A DNA stretch of 64,000 nucleotides from an uncultured euryarchaeote (GCA_937899865.1 CALBRH010000025.1:1-64000); one strand, 5' to 3'. Numbered from the stretch's first letter, positions 45,350 to 56,977 are shown. Notes: a model not told the origin generated them from the sequence alone. Translations and numbers: made by a program.

Positions 45350-46837
45350 ATGCCTCTGCGAGTCCACGACACCCGCCGTCGAGAGAAAGTTCCGTTCAAA
45401 ACAATGGAGCCAGGTAAAGTCTCGATGTATGTCTGTGGCGTGACTGTATACGATAATTGTCATTTAGGCCATGCTCGTTGCTATCTTGCGTTTGACTTGA
45501 TCCATCGTTGGCTTGAAGCATCAGGATTTGATGTACATTATGTTCAGAATTTCACCGATATCGATGACAAAATCATCAATCGTGCCAACGAAACAGGAGC
45601 AGATTGGCGAAAATTGGTAGATGAAAATATTGCAGGATATTATGAAGATATGGACGCACTCAACATATTGAGAGCTGATGATTATCCACGTTGTACGGAA
45701 TATGTAGATGATATGATTCGTATTACTCAAGATTTAATCGATAAAAATCATGCATATACTGCCCACGATGGCGTTTACTTCCATGTTGAGTCAGCACCTG
45801 AGAAATATGGGCAATTGACCGGGCAAAGTATTGATGCGGTACGCTCAGGTGCAGGTGGTCGAGTCGATGATACTGGATCTGGAAAGCGAGATCACAAGGA
45901 TTTCGCTCTTTGGAAAGCCGCTAAACCAGGTGAGCCACACTGGGATTCTCCTTGGGGGCCAGGAAGGCCTGGTTGGCATATCGAATGTACTGCAATGTCA
46001 ATGGATTACTTTGGCAAACAGTTTGATATTCACGGTGGGGGTCATGATTTGCGATTCCCGCATCATGAAGCAGAAATCTTCCAAGGTGAATGTCACACAG
46101 GTTGTTCACCAGTAGTTCATCATTGGTTGCACAATGGTTTTGTTAATATCGATGGAGAGAAAATGAGTAAATCTCTGGACAACTTTTGGACTATCAAAGA
46201 TATCCTGAAACAAGTTGATGCAATGGTGTTAAGATTTGCTTTAATCAATGCACATTATCGCTCACCAATCGATATGAATGAGACCTTGTTAAAGGATGCT
46301 GAGCGCAATTATAATCGTGTTTTGAAGTGCTATATCAATGCACTAAAGAGCATGACTACGAAGTCACCAATTGCATTACCACAACCAGATATTACTTCTC
46401 AACAGCCGCTAATCAAGTCTTTAGCAATGCTCGAGAAAATGGGCGAAGGATTTGCTCAAGCAATGGATGATGATTTCAATTCTCGCGATGCAGTTGCTAA
46501 GGTTCTTGGAGGAGTAAGAGAAATTTCCAAAGTGCTAGACAGTGGTTTAGATGACGCAGATAAAGACGCATTTGCTCATTATGCAGTTGATTGGTTAGAA
46601 GAATCTGCAGGCGTAGTTCTTGGGATTTTACCAACTCGAGAATTTGCCTTATTAGAACCGGAAGAAGACCCGCGTAAAGCAGAGATTGCACCCCGAGTGG
46701 AGGGTCTTCTTATCGAGAGAGCAGAAGCAAGAGCTAACAAAGATTGGGCAAAGGCTGACCAAATTCGTGATGAGTTGAACTCAATGGGAGTAATCGTAAC
46801 TGATTCAGCCGATGGACCAACTTGGGAACTTGAGTAA
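45350..46837 (+). CDS. cysS: Cysteine--tRNA ligase
   Basis: [41 protein letters not shown]. Confidence 0.97.
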   Translation: MPLRVHDTRRREKVPFKTMEPGKVSMYVCGVTVYDNCHLGHARCYLAFDLIHRWLEASGFDVHYVQNFTDIDDKIINRANETGADWRKLVDENIAGYYEDMDALNILRADDYPRCTEYVDDMIRITQDLIDKNHAYTAHDGVYFHVESAPEKYGQLTGQSIDAVRSGAGGRVDDTGSGKRDHKDFALWKAAKPGEPHWDSPWGPGRPGWHIECTAMSMDYFGKQFDIHGGGHDLRFPHHEAEIFQGECHTGCSPVVHHWLHNGFVNIDGEKMSKSLDNFWTIKDILKQVDAMVLRFALINAHYRSPIDMNETLLKDAERNYNRVLKCYINALKSMTTKSPIALPQPDITSQQPLIKSLAMLEKMGEGFAQAMDDDFNSRDAVAKVLGGVREISKVLDSGLDDADKDAFAHYAVDWLEESAGVVLGILPTREFALLEPEEDPRKAEIAPRVEGLLIERAEARANKDWAKADQIRDELNSMGVIVTDSADGPTWELE

Positions 46838-46864
46838 TTAGTAATCTCATTTGGAAGATTTACT

Positions 46865-49747
46865 TCACTTGGGCGGTGGTTTTAGATCAGGTAAAACCGG
46901 CACGAATTGTTTTGGTTGGTGCTTTTCCATCACTGTTAGGAACTCATCCAAACTGATTACTCCATCACCATTAGCATCAAATGTATCCAGCATAGCATCG
47001 ATATCTGAAACCTTTACAGAGTCTTTGAGCAATGTGTTGACAGCGGTTCGAATCTCTCTCCTTGAGACATAACCATCGTTAGTTTGGTCAATAGCAGTGA
47101 ACAACCTTACTGCAGAAAGTCCGGAGGATTTCATAGCGCTAGCAACCTTGTCCTTGATGTCGATTGAATCATCTTTACCATCAGAATCACTTGAAGATTC
47201 ATTCACATCTTCATCATCCCAAATTTTGTCGATTACTGTTGTTTGAGAATTAAGAAGATCATCATCGTCACCTCGACTGACAACATACAATCCAAATAGC
47301 AATGCAATCACAATAATTAGTAAAATTAGTTTCAATTGATTCTTTGTTGCTTCATCTGCTTCTGCTTCATCAATAAATTGGTCATCTGGTTGGTCAGCAA
47401 ACATGTCATCGTCATCATCAACAGTATTGTTATCGGTTGGTCCAGGTAATGTAGTAGTGTCGCCACCATTGTTGGTATTGCCGCCATTGTTGTTATTGTT
47501 ACCAGTATTTGTGTTGTCATCGGGAAGTTGAACATTGACATTTATCCTGTCACCATTTTCCATTTCAACAGTGTAATAATTGTCATATAATTTTGTCAAA
47601 TCAATGTGATAATTTGCATGAGTTGAACGATTGATTACATCGAAGTAGCGGTCATCTCCAGAAGTAAATATTGGGTCCAAAGTCAGGTTCTTCAAACGAT
47701 TAACATTATCTTTGTAATCACCATCAAAAGTAGTATTCAACCAAGCATTGATTTCTTCATCGCTGTCGCCGTTGAACTCGACCCAATTAGCCTTCATGTC
47801 ATCAAACTCATGACGCATAGCCATGGCCAGACCTGCCTCGATTTCGGCAAAGGTTTGACTACCATCTACCTCGGTCAGTGATGTCACATCTACGGCTTTT
47901 TGGAATCCTGTACCATTGACATATTCCCAATCATCACCTTGCAATTGTTGCATGAGGTCAACATCACCAAATACGGCTTTACCTTGTACTACGGTTAGTG
48001 CTACATCAGCATCAATAGCTTCAATCAAGTTTCGATATGGGTCTTCATGGAAGGTATCTATGACAACAAGGTCAGCATATAGGTCAGCCTTGATTCGTCC
48101 AACAAAAGGAGTCCACCCTGTGGCATCAGCAGGATTACAAGTAACCATTTCTACCAATTCATAATTGCTAAAGTGGCCACCAAGATTGTTGGTGTTCCAC
48201 ATATCTGCAACCTTTAATTCATGCAGGTTATTTTTCGAACCACTTGGCCCCCAATCTGGTGAGATTGAGATGCTTACACCTGCTTGGTCTGCCGCGACAA
48301 CATCAGTTGTATCACCGTATAGTAATAGATTAGAAAGCGGAGACCACACAAGTTCTGAATTGACACTAGCCATTTTACTAAATTGTGAGGAGTCTAATGC
48401 TGTTCCATGAATGACAATAGTTTCATCCATTATCAAATTCTTACTCCACAATGCATCAAATTCGTCTTTGCTGGATTGATCAACTCCTTCTGATAAGTGA
48501 ACAAACCACGCGTTTAGTGTTCCTGCCTCACTTTGACTAATCAGGTGGCTACCTGTATAATCGTCATCAGCAGCACCACATACAGCGCATGTAGAAATAC
48601 CGTCTTGTCCGAAGTTGTATAACTCGACATTTCTCGACAGAATGCTATCCCATGCTTGGGTGCCTGAACTTGGTGAACCTTGCATGGCAGTCACTCCACC
48701 GGAGACTGCTTGTACCTCAGCGTACTTCATCTGTTCACTTGCCATATCCCAACGATAAGTCGACTGAATATTGGTCTTCATCCAAGTAATACTTGGTCCG
48801 TAATCCCAGTTGTTACCCCATTGGTATCTGTTAGTGTATCCGCCTTCCTCTGACTTTTGAGAGTCACTAAGATGCACATCGAAATCCCAAAGAGGTATGT
48901 GATTGTAATGTACGTGATTGTGCAAATCAATCAATCCAGGATAAATTGTCCCTTCAGTTTCAACGATTGGCACATCAGTAAAATCAACACCAGCAGGTGG
49001 ATTGGCATTTGATGCCCATACCCCGGTAATCTTACCGTCACGAATCATCACATTTCCATCATTTATTACGTTATTTTCACCATCCATTGTGACAACTCTT
49101 CCTTTGAGAAGGAATGCTCTAGATGAGTCTGTGTTGGTCAACTTATAGCAATTAACAATGTTGTCAGGTACAGTATACGGCTCTGAATAATCTGCAGCCC
49201 TACCGGGGGTCGGGTCGTCCTTGGTTAAACTGCCATCATCCGAAATGTAAGACCTGCCATAACTAGAGTCACTTGCTGGGAAAGACATAGAGTTGATTAG
49301 ATTAGAATTGGTATCAGAAATACTGACTGTCTCGCCATCAAAATAACTCAGATCGAGGTCGGAATCAGCACGGAATACTACCAATCTCTCATCAGCATCG
49401 AGCGTAGTATTGTATGGAAGTTGACAAGGCGGGCTACCACTGGTTGTTGAAAGGAGCCAACTTGAGACATCCTGTGGTGCATCACCGGAATTCCATATTT
49501 CGATAAATTGGTCACTATATTTACCGTAATCTCCGTCGCCATTCCAGTCAACTGCGCCGTAGATGTTAGAATTAGTTTCATTGGCTACAAGATTATTTGG
49601 ACTAATGAAAAGTTCCGAAATAACCACATTTGCCGCACGACCATTTGCCTCTTTTGCATCGTCTAATTCTAGGCTATTGACTGTTGAAGACCATGAAGAA
49701 AACATCAGCAGCAGCAACACGCTTGAGGCAACTAGTACTCGTCGCAT
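46865..49747 (-). CDS. Membrane-anchored lamin-tail-domain plus amidohydrolase protein with cytoplasmic EF-hand pair
   Basis: Signal peptide; LTD (VVISELF...QFIEIWN); amidohydrolase ligands DLHNH, VHLSEG, IHGT, SPDWGPSG; Asn/Asp linker; TM; two EF-hand loops DQTNDGYVSRRE and DANGDGVISLDE. Start moved to ATG 49747. Confidence 0.82.
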   Translation of the reverse strand: MRRVLVASSVLLLLMFSSWSSTVNSLELDDAKEANGRAANVVISELFISPNNLVANETNSNIYGAVDWNGDGDYGKYSDQFIEIWNSGDAPQDVSSWLLSTTSGSPPCQLPYNTTLDADERLVVFRADSDLDLSYFDGETVSISDTNSNLINSMSFPASDSSYGRSYISDDGSLTKDDPTPGRAADYSEPYTVPDNIVNCYKLTNTDSSRAFLLKGRVVTMDGENNVINDGNVMIRDGKITGVWASNANPPAGVDFTDVPIVETEGTIYPGLIDLHNHVHYNHIPLWDFDVHLSDSQKSEEGGYTNRYQWGNNWDYGPSITWMKTNIQSTYRWDMASEQMKYAEVQAVSGGVTAMQGSPSSGTQAWDSILSRNVELYNFGQDGISTCAVCGAADDDYTGSHLISQSEAGTLNAWFVHLSEGVDQSSKDEFDALWSKNLIMDETIVIHGTALDSSQFSKMASVNSELVWSPLSNLLLYGDTTDVVAADQAGVSISISPDWGPSGSKNNLHELKVADMWNTNNLGGHFSNYELVEMVTCNPADATGWTPFVGRIKADLYADLVVIDTFHEDPYRNLIEAIDADVALTVVQGKAVFGDVDLMQQLQGDDWEYVNGTGFQKAVDVTSLTEVDGSQTFAEIEAGLAMAMRHEFDDMKANWVEFNGDSDEEINAWLNTTFDGDYKDNVNRLKNLTLDPIFTSGDDRYFDVINRSTHANYHIDLTKLYDNYYTVEMENGDRINVNVQLPDDNTNTGNNNNNGGNTNNGGDTTTLPGPTDNNTVDDDDDMFADQPDDQFIDEAEADEATKNQLKLILLIIVIALLFGLYVVSRGDDDDLLNSQTTVIDKIWDDEDVNESSSDSDGKDDSIDIKDKVASAMKSSGLSAVRLFTAIDQTNDGYVSRREIRTAVNTLLKDSVKVSDIDAMLDTFDANGDGVISLDEFLTVMEKHQPKQFVPVLPDLKPPPK

Positions 49748-49834
49748 GTAGCGACCTTTACTAACAAGGACATTAACCCGCCGGTATCGATTTGGCAACG
49801 ATTAGATGATAGACTAAATCAAATTGGTAGAGTT

Positions 49835-50209
49835 ATGGCCACATTAGATATTAGTGAACCAGAGTTCTCCGGAATCATTGAAAATAACAAAATTGTCATA
49901 CTTGACTTTTGGGCTGAGTGGTGTGGCCCATGTAAGGCATATGGGCCGGTGTATGAGCGGGTTTCAAACGAATTTGAAGATGTGGTTTTTGCTAAAATCA
50001 ATACCGAAGAGGAACCTCAATTGGGTAGAATGTTCAATATTAGATCTATTCCAACAACCATTGCTTTCAAAGAACAGATTGGCGTTTTTATGCAGCCGGG
50101 GGCGCTTCCGGAAGCAGCATTACGTGATTTAGTGGTAATGTTACAAGACCTAGACATGGATGAAGTTAGAAAAGAGATGGAATCTATGAAGACCGAAGAA
50201 TCAGAGTAA
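49835..50209 (+). CDS. trxA: Thioredoxin
   Basis: DFWAEWCGPC active site and IRSIPT motif. Confidence 0.93.
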   Translation: MATLDISEPEFSGIIENNKIVILDFWAEWCGPCKAYGPVYERVSNEFEDVVFAKINTEEEPQLGRMFNIRSIPTTIAFKEQIGVFMQPGALPEAALRDLVVMLQDLDMDEVRKEMESMKTEESE

Positions 50210-50255
50210 GTCATATCATGCGATGATTTCAATAGGTTGAGGTTTAGCGCAACCC

Positions 50256-52064
50256 ATGCACTGGAAGCCTTGGCTCATCATTATGGTAATGATGAGTGCA
50301 ACTCTTTCCGGTTGTCTTGGTGAAGACTCGAGTACAGAGTCAGAGTCTATCAGCTATGATTCTTATCCTGAACCATGGGATAGAGCCAATATAGTGTACG
50401 ACAATACTGATGTCTTTAGTCGAGTTTCAGTAAATGGAACATTCAATATTTCAGCGCCACAATCAATCTATGTCCCAGTTCCAACAATTACCGCTGCTGA
50501 TGGTGGAGCGGGTGTAACTGGTGGTGCAGAGGTTCATCTTGGCTTATGGCTGCCTGAAATTGATGGCTGTGATTTCACTGCTGGAAATGTTAGCGAAGAA
50601 TGTAAAGTACCAGTCATTGCTGATGTCGGACCTTACTATGATGATGGAGATGTTTCGGCAACAACTCCGGCAGACAGGCTAGGTCGATTTTTAATCGAAA
50701 ACTATGTTCCACATGGCTTTGGTGTTGCCCAAGTATCGGTATTTGGTACCGGTAATTCAAATCATTGTATGGACTTAATGGGTACTGACGAGCAAAGAGG
50801 CATTGACGCTGCAGTGACCTATTTAGGAGAAGCAGGTTGGTCAAATGGAAAAGTTGGCTTAATTGGAAAATCCTATGATGGTTCAACACCATGGCAAGCT
50901 GCTACTTTTGGAAATCCATATCTTGCAACAATTGTTCCAATGTCTGGATTGATTGGTGTTCATGATTTGATGTGGCGCAATGGAAGTATGGAAGCAAGAG
51001 GCGCAATAATGCACAATGGAGTATACGGATCATTTGGAATTGATGGTGATGGCGGTGATACTGGGAACCTATGTGAGGGTTATATGGAAGGTTATGTAAA
51101 CGGTCCACTAGCCTATCAAACTGGAGGCATGGTAGACTATGCTGGCAATACTTATTGGACCGAGCGTTCATTCTTGTCTAGAGTATTAGAGAATTATCAA
51201 GGTTCAATTTACATAATCCAAGGAATGCAAGATTGGAATGTAGATCCGCACATGGCATTCCCCGTTCATCAGCAAGTCGAAGATGCTGGAATAGAGGTCA
51301 AAACATTAGCCGGACAATGGGCTCACGATTATCCTGACCGTGTTGAAGGTCATAGTTCACAAAACTCTGGCCGAGGTGCTGAGGCTTATCCCTACACATT
51401 GAGATGGGATTGGGCTGACGAGATGCTATTTTGGTTTGATTGGTACCTCAAGGGCGAAGGTAGAGCACCAACATTAGGAGTTGAAATGCAGGATAATCGT
51501 GGTGGCTGGAGATTTGAAACCACTTACCCAGCACCAGATACCGAATACTTGGAAATCAACGGTGCTGATATGGCGCCCGATGGAACTTCAATGTCAGCAG
51601 CATCGTCCATAACTCTAAGTTATGGGCCGTTCGAAGAAGATGTCTACATTGCTGGTATGCCAACATTCCATATTCCGGTTACACCTAGTACGCTAAATGG
51701 CGCACATGGGTTCTTGGAAATGACAGATGAAGAAGGAATGCACCTTGGACATGCTGTAATGGATTTCAGATTTCATGCAGGAGGTCGTGATGGCCAACTA
51801 ACTTTAGTGCCATATGTGGAAGTTCTAGGTTTGATGGAATTTATGCCAATGGATGTATTCATTAGTGCGGGAGAAACTATCTTCATCACTTTGACTCAAA
51901 CCGGTGAGGATTATGTTCCGTCATCATCTGCCGTTGGTGGTTATTCAGTTGATTGGAGTGCCTCAACTCTAACATTGCCAATAGTAAAGCGCACCTGTGA
52001 AGATTTATTCCAAGCCCCAATGCAAGTATATGGTACCGAAGATGCTGGCGTTAGAGAATGCTGA
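50256..52064 (+). CDS. CocE/NonD family (X-Pro dipeptidyl-peptidase-like) alpha/beta hydrolase, lipoprotein
   Basis: Lipobox LSGC, GKSYDG nucleophile, [18 protein letters not shown]. Confidence 0.82.
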   Translation: MHWKPWLIIMVMMSATLSGCLGEDSSTESESISYDSYPEPWDRANIVYDNTDVFSRVSVNGTFNISAPQSIYVPVPTITAADGGAGVTGGAEVHLGLWLPEIDGCDFTAGNVSEECKVPVIADVGPYYDDGDVSATTPADRLGRFLIENYVPHGFGVAQVSVFGTGNSNHCMDLMGTDEQRGIDAAVTYLGEAGWSNGKVGLIGKSYDGSTPWQAATFGNPYLATIVPMSGLIGVHDLMWRNGSMEARGAIMHNGVYGSFGIDGDGGDTGNLCEGYMEGYVNGPLAYQTGGMVDYAGNTYWTERSFLSRVLENYQGSIYIIQGMQDWNVDPHMAFPVHQQVEDAGIEVKTLAGQWAHDYPDRVEGHSSQNSGRGAEAYPYTLRWDWADEMLFWFDWYLKGEGRAPTLGVEMQDNRGGWRFETTYPAPDTEYLEINGADMAPDGTSMSAASSITLSYGPFEEDVYIAGMPTFHIPVTPSTLNGAHGFLEMTDEEGMHLGHAVMDFRFHAGGRDGQLTLVPYVEVLGLMEFMPMDVFISAGETIFITLTQTGEDYVPSSSAVGGYSVDWSASTLTLPIVKRTCEDLFQAPMQVYGTEDAGVREC

Positions 52065-52100
52065 TTTGTCATTGAGTACCAGGTGATTCTGAATAGTTAT

Positions 52101-53501
52101 TCAGTAATCTGGCAAGATTAACTCAACTGCAAATAACGGGTCAGGGTCAGTAGAATCATGATATGCTACAACTACTCCTCCGTCGTTTAGAATTGCTAAA
52201 GAAGCAAAGTCGAATCGAATATCATTTCCTGCACCTGAAGTAGAATCTAGATCGCCTTGACCTATGTAAGTCAAGGTATCAGGTGACATGTCTTGGGAGT
52301 AACCTCTAACATGGTATACAGTATCGACATCAGGCCCTTCAGAGCTTTGATACCTAACATTCAACACAAATAGGTCTAATTCGCCATTGGCTTGGAATTC
52401 CCACTCTTCAATTTGAGTTGCCTGTTCATTCAATTCGTAAGTATAATTCATCCAAGTCATTGCGCCATCATCTGACATATAATGGGTAAAAGATGTACCA
52501 GTATTTGCTACACAATGTATTATTCCTGCTGAATCAATTTGACAATATTCGCTAGGGAACTGAACAAATAATTCATTCCAAGATAGTGATGTGTCCATGA
52601 ATGCAGCATTGCCGTTGCTGTAATATGAGGGGAATACCAATCCACCACTTGGCATAGGAAACGCTCGCATTTCTTTGTGTGGCTTATTGACATCGTAGTA
52701 TGCTGGTAAGTTTGCCTCAGTGAAATCTAGATCGAGTTCAACCTCTGGGTCACCACCACTGCGGTCAGGAAATTGGAATGGATAATAGTTCAAACCATCA
52801 ACACTAATTTGCCCACCAGCATTCATTGACTGATGCCAAAAGTTTGACACAACAATGCTTGCCCATTCACCATTACCCAAGGTTGACTCAATAGGCCCAA
52901 TAACCTCAACTTGCCATGAACGGTCATAAAATGGTTCAGTAATTCTATTGTAGCACCATTTCCATTCATCTTCAGATTCATCATATAATATTGCATAGAA
53001 TTTGTCCAATTTTAGATCAGCACCTGGGTAAGGGAACCAAGACATTGAAATTATATCGCCATTGGTTGCTTGTACAATACTTCCTTCGCCCAATCCTTCC
53101 TGACCAGGATTGGTTGGAACGAAAGTCACACATTGTCCGACTGCAGGTAAAACTCCAGGGATGTAAGTATCCCATTCATGACCACGGTCAAGACTCCATA
53201 CAGGATATTCCCCACCTATGTTGAGTATTTGTCCATCGATTGTTGTAGCAAGGTAATGTTCACAGCAATTTCCTCCTTTTGACGCATCAAATACTGCCCA
53301 TGACATGTTAGTAGATTGATTGGTCCTCAAGTCAATAGTGGTGAATGGTCGTGGGGACTCGTGAGATGCGTTATCAATCAAGATATATTCTGTCCAAATA
53401 TTCTCGACAACTTCTTCTTCGACGAATGTTTCACCTTCGCCAAAACAACCTGCTAGCATTGTAGAAAGTGCTAGCAAAATCGCCAAGGTAATTCTTCGCA
53501 T
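52101..53501 (-). CDS. Hypothetical lipoprotein, possibly a BNR/sialidase-like beta-propeller
   Basis: MRR signal and LAGC lipobox; Asp-box-like SLDRGHEW and SDDGAMTW; beta-rich. Start moved to ATG 53501. Confidence 0.6.
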   Translation of the reverse strand: MRRITLAILLALSTMLAGCFGEGETFVEEEVVENIWTEYILIDNASHESPRPFTTIDLRTNQSTNMSWAVFDASKGGNCCEHYLATTIDGQILNIGGEYPVWSLDRGHEWDTYIPGVLPAVGQCVTFVPTNPGQEGLGEGSIVQATNGDIISMSWFPYPGADLKLDKFYAILYDESEDEWKWCYNRITEPFYDRSWQVEVIGPIESTLGNGEWASIVVSNFWHQSMNAGGQISVDGLNYYPFQFPDRSGGDPEVELDLDFTEANLPAYYDVNKPHKEMRAFPMPSGGLVFPSYYSNGNAAFMDTSLSWNELFVQFPSEYCQIDSAGIIHCVANTGTSFTHYMSDDGAMTWMNYTYELNEQATQIEEWEFQANGELDLFVLNVRYQSSEGPDVDTVYHVRGYSQDMSPDTLTYIGQGDLDSTSGAGNDIRFDFASLAILNDGGVVVAYHDSTDPDPLFAVELILPDY

Positions 53502-53549
53502 GTTGGGTCTAAGTAGCACTCATGTTTGAATGCGTCGTTTATTAGATTT

Positions 53550-56500
53550 CTATGAAACTTTGAAGTAAATCTTAGCTTCATCAACCTCAAAATTCTCGAT
53601 TTCAGAATTAGGCGACTCACCATTTGGATAGAAAATTGCTGCATTTGCTCTTGTTTCAGAAATTATCCAATCTTGGTCAATCTTGAATAATTCTGGAGCA
53701 TTTTCCATCCATACTTCAAGTTCGATAGTTGCTTCAATTTCCAAGTTCAAATCTTTACGCTTGGCTTGAATTCTTCTTGTTATGTCACGGGCTAATCCCT
53801 TGGATAATAGTTCAGGAGTATCGTTCATGTCCAATACAAGGCTAACATGGTATGAATCATCACCTTGTCCAACTTGAATTGTAGATGCAGCAAAACCTGA
53901 TTTTTCAACACGCTTTACTTCAACATCACCCTCTTCTATTTGTATACCCATAATCTCCAAACTTCCAGCTTTGATTTGTTCAAGCATTGCCGCAGGGTCA
54001 TCTGCGTTACGAATCTCAGCAGCGATTGAATTTACATCGCCTCTTGCACGTGGTGCTAATGCTCTAAAGTTAGGAGCCAGTTCAATCTGTTGAAATCTAT
54101 CTAAGTCAGTCTCTATTGAAATATTTTCAACATTCAATTCCTCTGCTAATATATCATGGAATTCAGCCAAATCAGGACCAGAGACAATCCATCCATCTCC
54201 ACATGGCAATCTTTGTCTTCGTGATGCATCTACTCGAATTCGACGACCTGTTTCAGCAAGTTCTCGAACTAAATTCATTTTCTCTTCTAAATCAAGGTCT
54301 TGTGGAGGTAGGGTTGCAGTAGCATTTGCAGCCTCCTCATCCCATGAGTCAGCAGTAGCACCATCAAGGCTACCTGGTGTGCCAAGAGGCCAATCAGCCA
54401 AATGGACAGTTGAGCCAGCCAAGTTACGATAAATCACATCGACCATAAACGGGCTTACTGGTGCAACCAAGCGGCAAACAGTGGTTAGAACTTCATGCAG
54501 GGTGTTTTGACATGCGAGTTTGTCGGTATTTTCAGCCTCGTCCCATAATCTTCTGCGACTTCTTCGGACATACCAATTTGATAAATCATTGACTACAAAG
54601 TCTTCAAGTTCTCGACATGCTTTGTGGTAATTCCAATTAGTGAAACCATCATGATAGCCCTTTGCTACAGTTGCTAATCGAGATAAAATCCAACGGTCAA
54701 GAGGTGATCTTTGCTCTACTGTAATGTGGTTTGTTTCGGGGTCAAAGCCATCAAGAGCAGCATAATCAGCATGGAATTTGTAGATGTTCCATAGAGTCAA
54801 AAACATCTTGGCATAAGTTTCTCGCACACCATTAGGGTCGAATTTTAGTGGACTCCAAGGTGCTCCTGCGGTCACCATATACCATCTTGTAGCATCTGCC
54901 CCTTCTCGATTAAAATGGTCCCAAGGGTCGACAATATTGCCTTTTGATTTTGACATTTTCTTTCCTTCTGCATCAAGAATTAATCCTAAAGATAGACATC
55001 TCTTGTAAGCAGGTGAGTCAAATACAGTAGTTGAAACTGCTAACAAAGTGTAAAACCATCCACGTGTTTGGTCAACACCTTCACAGATGTAGTCAACAGG
55101 GAAAGATGAGTTGAAAGTTTCTCCACCATCGAAAGGATGATGCCATTGGGCAAATGGTGCACATCCTGAATCAAACCAACAATCCATGACAAATGGTTCT
55201 CTATGCATTGGTTTCCCATTATCGGAAAGTAAAGTGAATCCATCAACAATTGGCCGGTGAAGGTCAACATCGTCAGGGCATTCTGGATTTTTAAAACCAG
55301 CAGCATTAGCTTTAGCGACTTCTGCTTGCAATTCCTCGATTGAACCAATACATTTCATCTGTCCATCTTCACAACGCCATACAGGAAGTGGAGTGCCCCA
55401 ATATCTCTCTCTTGAGATTGCCCAATCTTTGACATTTCTAAGCCATTCACCGAATCTACCCTCGCCAACCCAATCAGGGGCCCATTCGACTCCATCATTG
55501 AATTCTAGTAGTTTTTCTTTAACGGCAGTCATACGAACAAACCATGAATCCATGGCATAGTATAGTAATGGATGGTCTGTTCTCCAACAATGTGGATAGT
55601 CGTGAAGGTAGGCTTTTTCACGGTATAAAAGTCCACTTTGAGGGCCTTTGCCATTGCTGCCATTAGGTGCAGATAACAAGTCAATAATTGTTTGATCACA
55701 TTCTTTGACATAACGTCCATCAAGTTGTTCATGAATCCCTTCAACAAAGGCACCGTCCATTCCTACGGTATGGAATGCTGGGAGGCCTACTTCCATACCA
55801 AGATTATAGTCATCTTCACCATACATTACTGCGGTGTGAACTACGCCAGTACCATCGGTTGTTGTTACCCAATCTGCTGACAGAACTGTCCAAGCAGTCT
55901 CGGAATCGCCTCTTGGAACAGCACTTGGGAATAGAGGTTCGTAAGAGCGACCAACCAATTCACTACCAGGAAATTCTTCCACGATTTCGACATTGTGTCT
56001 CAAGACTTCCTTCATCAAATCTTTTGCTAAAATCATTGTTTCACCAATATCAGCACCACCAGAACCACTCCAATTTGCTGCAGCTTCAGAAACTCTAACT
56101 TTGACATAGGTTACATCAGGTCCAACAGCAAGGCCGACGTTACCTGGCAGAGTCCATGGAGTAGTTGTCCAAGCGAGAATAGATGAATCATCATCGGTTA
56201 GTTTGAATTTTACATAAACCGAAGGTTCCTCGACTTCTTTGTAGCCTAATGCTACTTCATGACTTGAATAAGAAGTACCTGTTTGAGGGCAGTATGGCAA
56301 TACTTTGTGGCCTCGATAAAGCAGTCCTTTGTCGAACATTTGCTTTAATGCCCACCAACATGATTCAACATAGTCATTGTCTAGAGTGACGTATGGATTA
56401 TCAAGGTCGACCCAATAAGCCATACGTTCTGTCATTTCACGCCATGCAGACTCATAAGTCCATACAGATTCTCGACAAGCCTGATTAAAATTGCTCATTC

Positions 56501-56837
56501 CGTATTCTTCAATGGCTTCATTGGACATTAGATCCATGCGCTTTTGGACTTCGATTTCAACAGGTAGGCCATGAGTATCCCAGCCACCTTTTCGTTCGAC
56601 CAAGAAACCTTCCATAGCTTTCCAGCGGCATACTAAATCTTTGTACGCACGTGCAACGACGTGATGTATTCCTGGCTTCCCATTAGCAGTTGGAGGACCT
56701 TCAAGAAAAATGAAAGGAGCGCCAGTTCTGCGTGATTCTATTGAATTTTGGAAGGCGTTTTCTTCACTCCATGTATTCAGTAGCGCAGTTTCAAGCGCAA
56801 CTGCGTCGAGTTCTCCGGCGGGTTTTGGCTTAGCCAT
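53550..56837 (-). CDS. ileS: Isoleucine--tRNA ligase, type 2, with GIHH signature
   Basis: EGPPTANG, GIHH in place of HIGH, GWDTHGLPVE, WTTTPWTLP, DWAISRERYWGTP, DQTRGWFY, KMSKS. Confidence 0.96.
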   Translation of the reverse strand: MAKPKPAGELDAVALETALLNTWSEENAFQNSIESRRTGAPFIFLEGPPTANGKPGIHHVVARAYKDLVCRWKAMEGFLVERKGGWDTHGLPVEIEVQKRMDLMSNEAIEEYGMSNFNQACRESVWTYESAWREMTERMAYWVDLDNPYVTLDNDYVESCWWALKQMFDKGLLYRGHKVLPYCPQTGTSYSSHEVALGYKEVEEPSVYVKFKLTDDDSSILAWTTTPWTLPGNVGLAVGPDVTYVKVRVSEAAANWSGSGGADIGETMILAKDLMKEVLRHNVEIVEEFPGSELVGRSYEPLFPSAVPRGDSETAWTVLSADWVTTTDGTGVVHTAVMYGEDDYNLGMEVGLPAFHTVGMDGAFVEGIHEQLDGRYVKECDQTIIDLLSAPNGSNGKGPQSGLLYREKAYLHDYPHCWRTDHPLLYYAMDSWFVRMTAVKEKLLEFNDGVEWAPDWVGEGRFGEWLRNVKDWAISRERYWGTPLPVWRCEDGQMKCIGSIEELQAEVAKANAAGFKNPECPDDVDLHRPIVDGFTLLSDNGKPMHREPFVMDCWFDSGCAPFAQWHHPFDGGETFNSSFPVDYICEGVDQTRGWFYTLLAVSTTVFDSPAYKRCLSLGLILDAEGKKMSKSKGNIVDPWDHFNREGADATRWYMVTAGAPWSPLKFDPNGVRETYAKMFLTLWNIYKFHADYAALDGFDPETNHITVEQRSPLDRWILSRLATVAKGYHDGFTNWNYHKACRELEDFVVNDLSNWYVRRSRRRLWDEAENTDKLACQNTLHEVLTTVCRLVAPVSPFMVDVIYRNLAGSTVHLADWPLGTPGSLDGATADSWDEEAANATATLPPQDLDLEEKMNLVRELAETGRRIRVDASRRQRLPCGDGWIVSGPDLAEFHDILAEELNVENISIETDLDRFQQIELAPNFRALAPRARGDVNSIAAEIRNADDPAAMLEQIKAGSLEIMGIQIEEGDVEVKRVEKSGFAASTIQVGQGDDSYHVSLVLDMNDTPELLSKGLARDITRRIQAKRKDLNLEIEATIELEVWMENAPELFKIDQDWIISETRANAAIFYPNGESPNSEIENFEVDEAKIYFKVS

Positions 56838-56977
56838 GACCCTGCGAGATAGGTTTTTGTCTTGAATCTCACCCTTGAATTAGTGGTAAAATTATTTGTT
56901 AACAGATTATAACTCAATCTAGGTATATTGATTATTGTAACGGTATGTTTGAAGTCCTTTCATACCTACGGTTGTAC

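Noticed and set aside
47461-47520. Asn/Gly-rich trinucleotide-like run
   Set aside because: Low-complexity protein linker, not a repeat array or phase-variable tract.
49748-49798. N-terminal extensions on several track ORFs (also at 9931, 39886, 41798, 53519, 56945)
   Set aside because: Downstream ATGs restore normal signal peptides, family N-termini or SD spacing; the extensions are longest-ORF artefacts.
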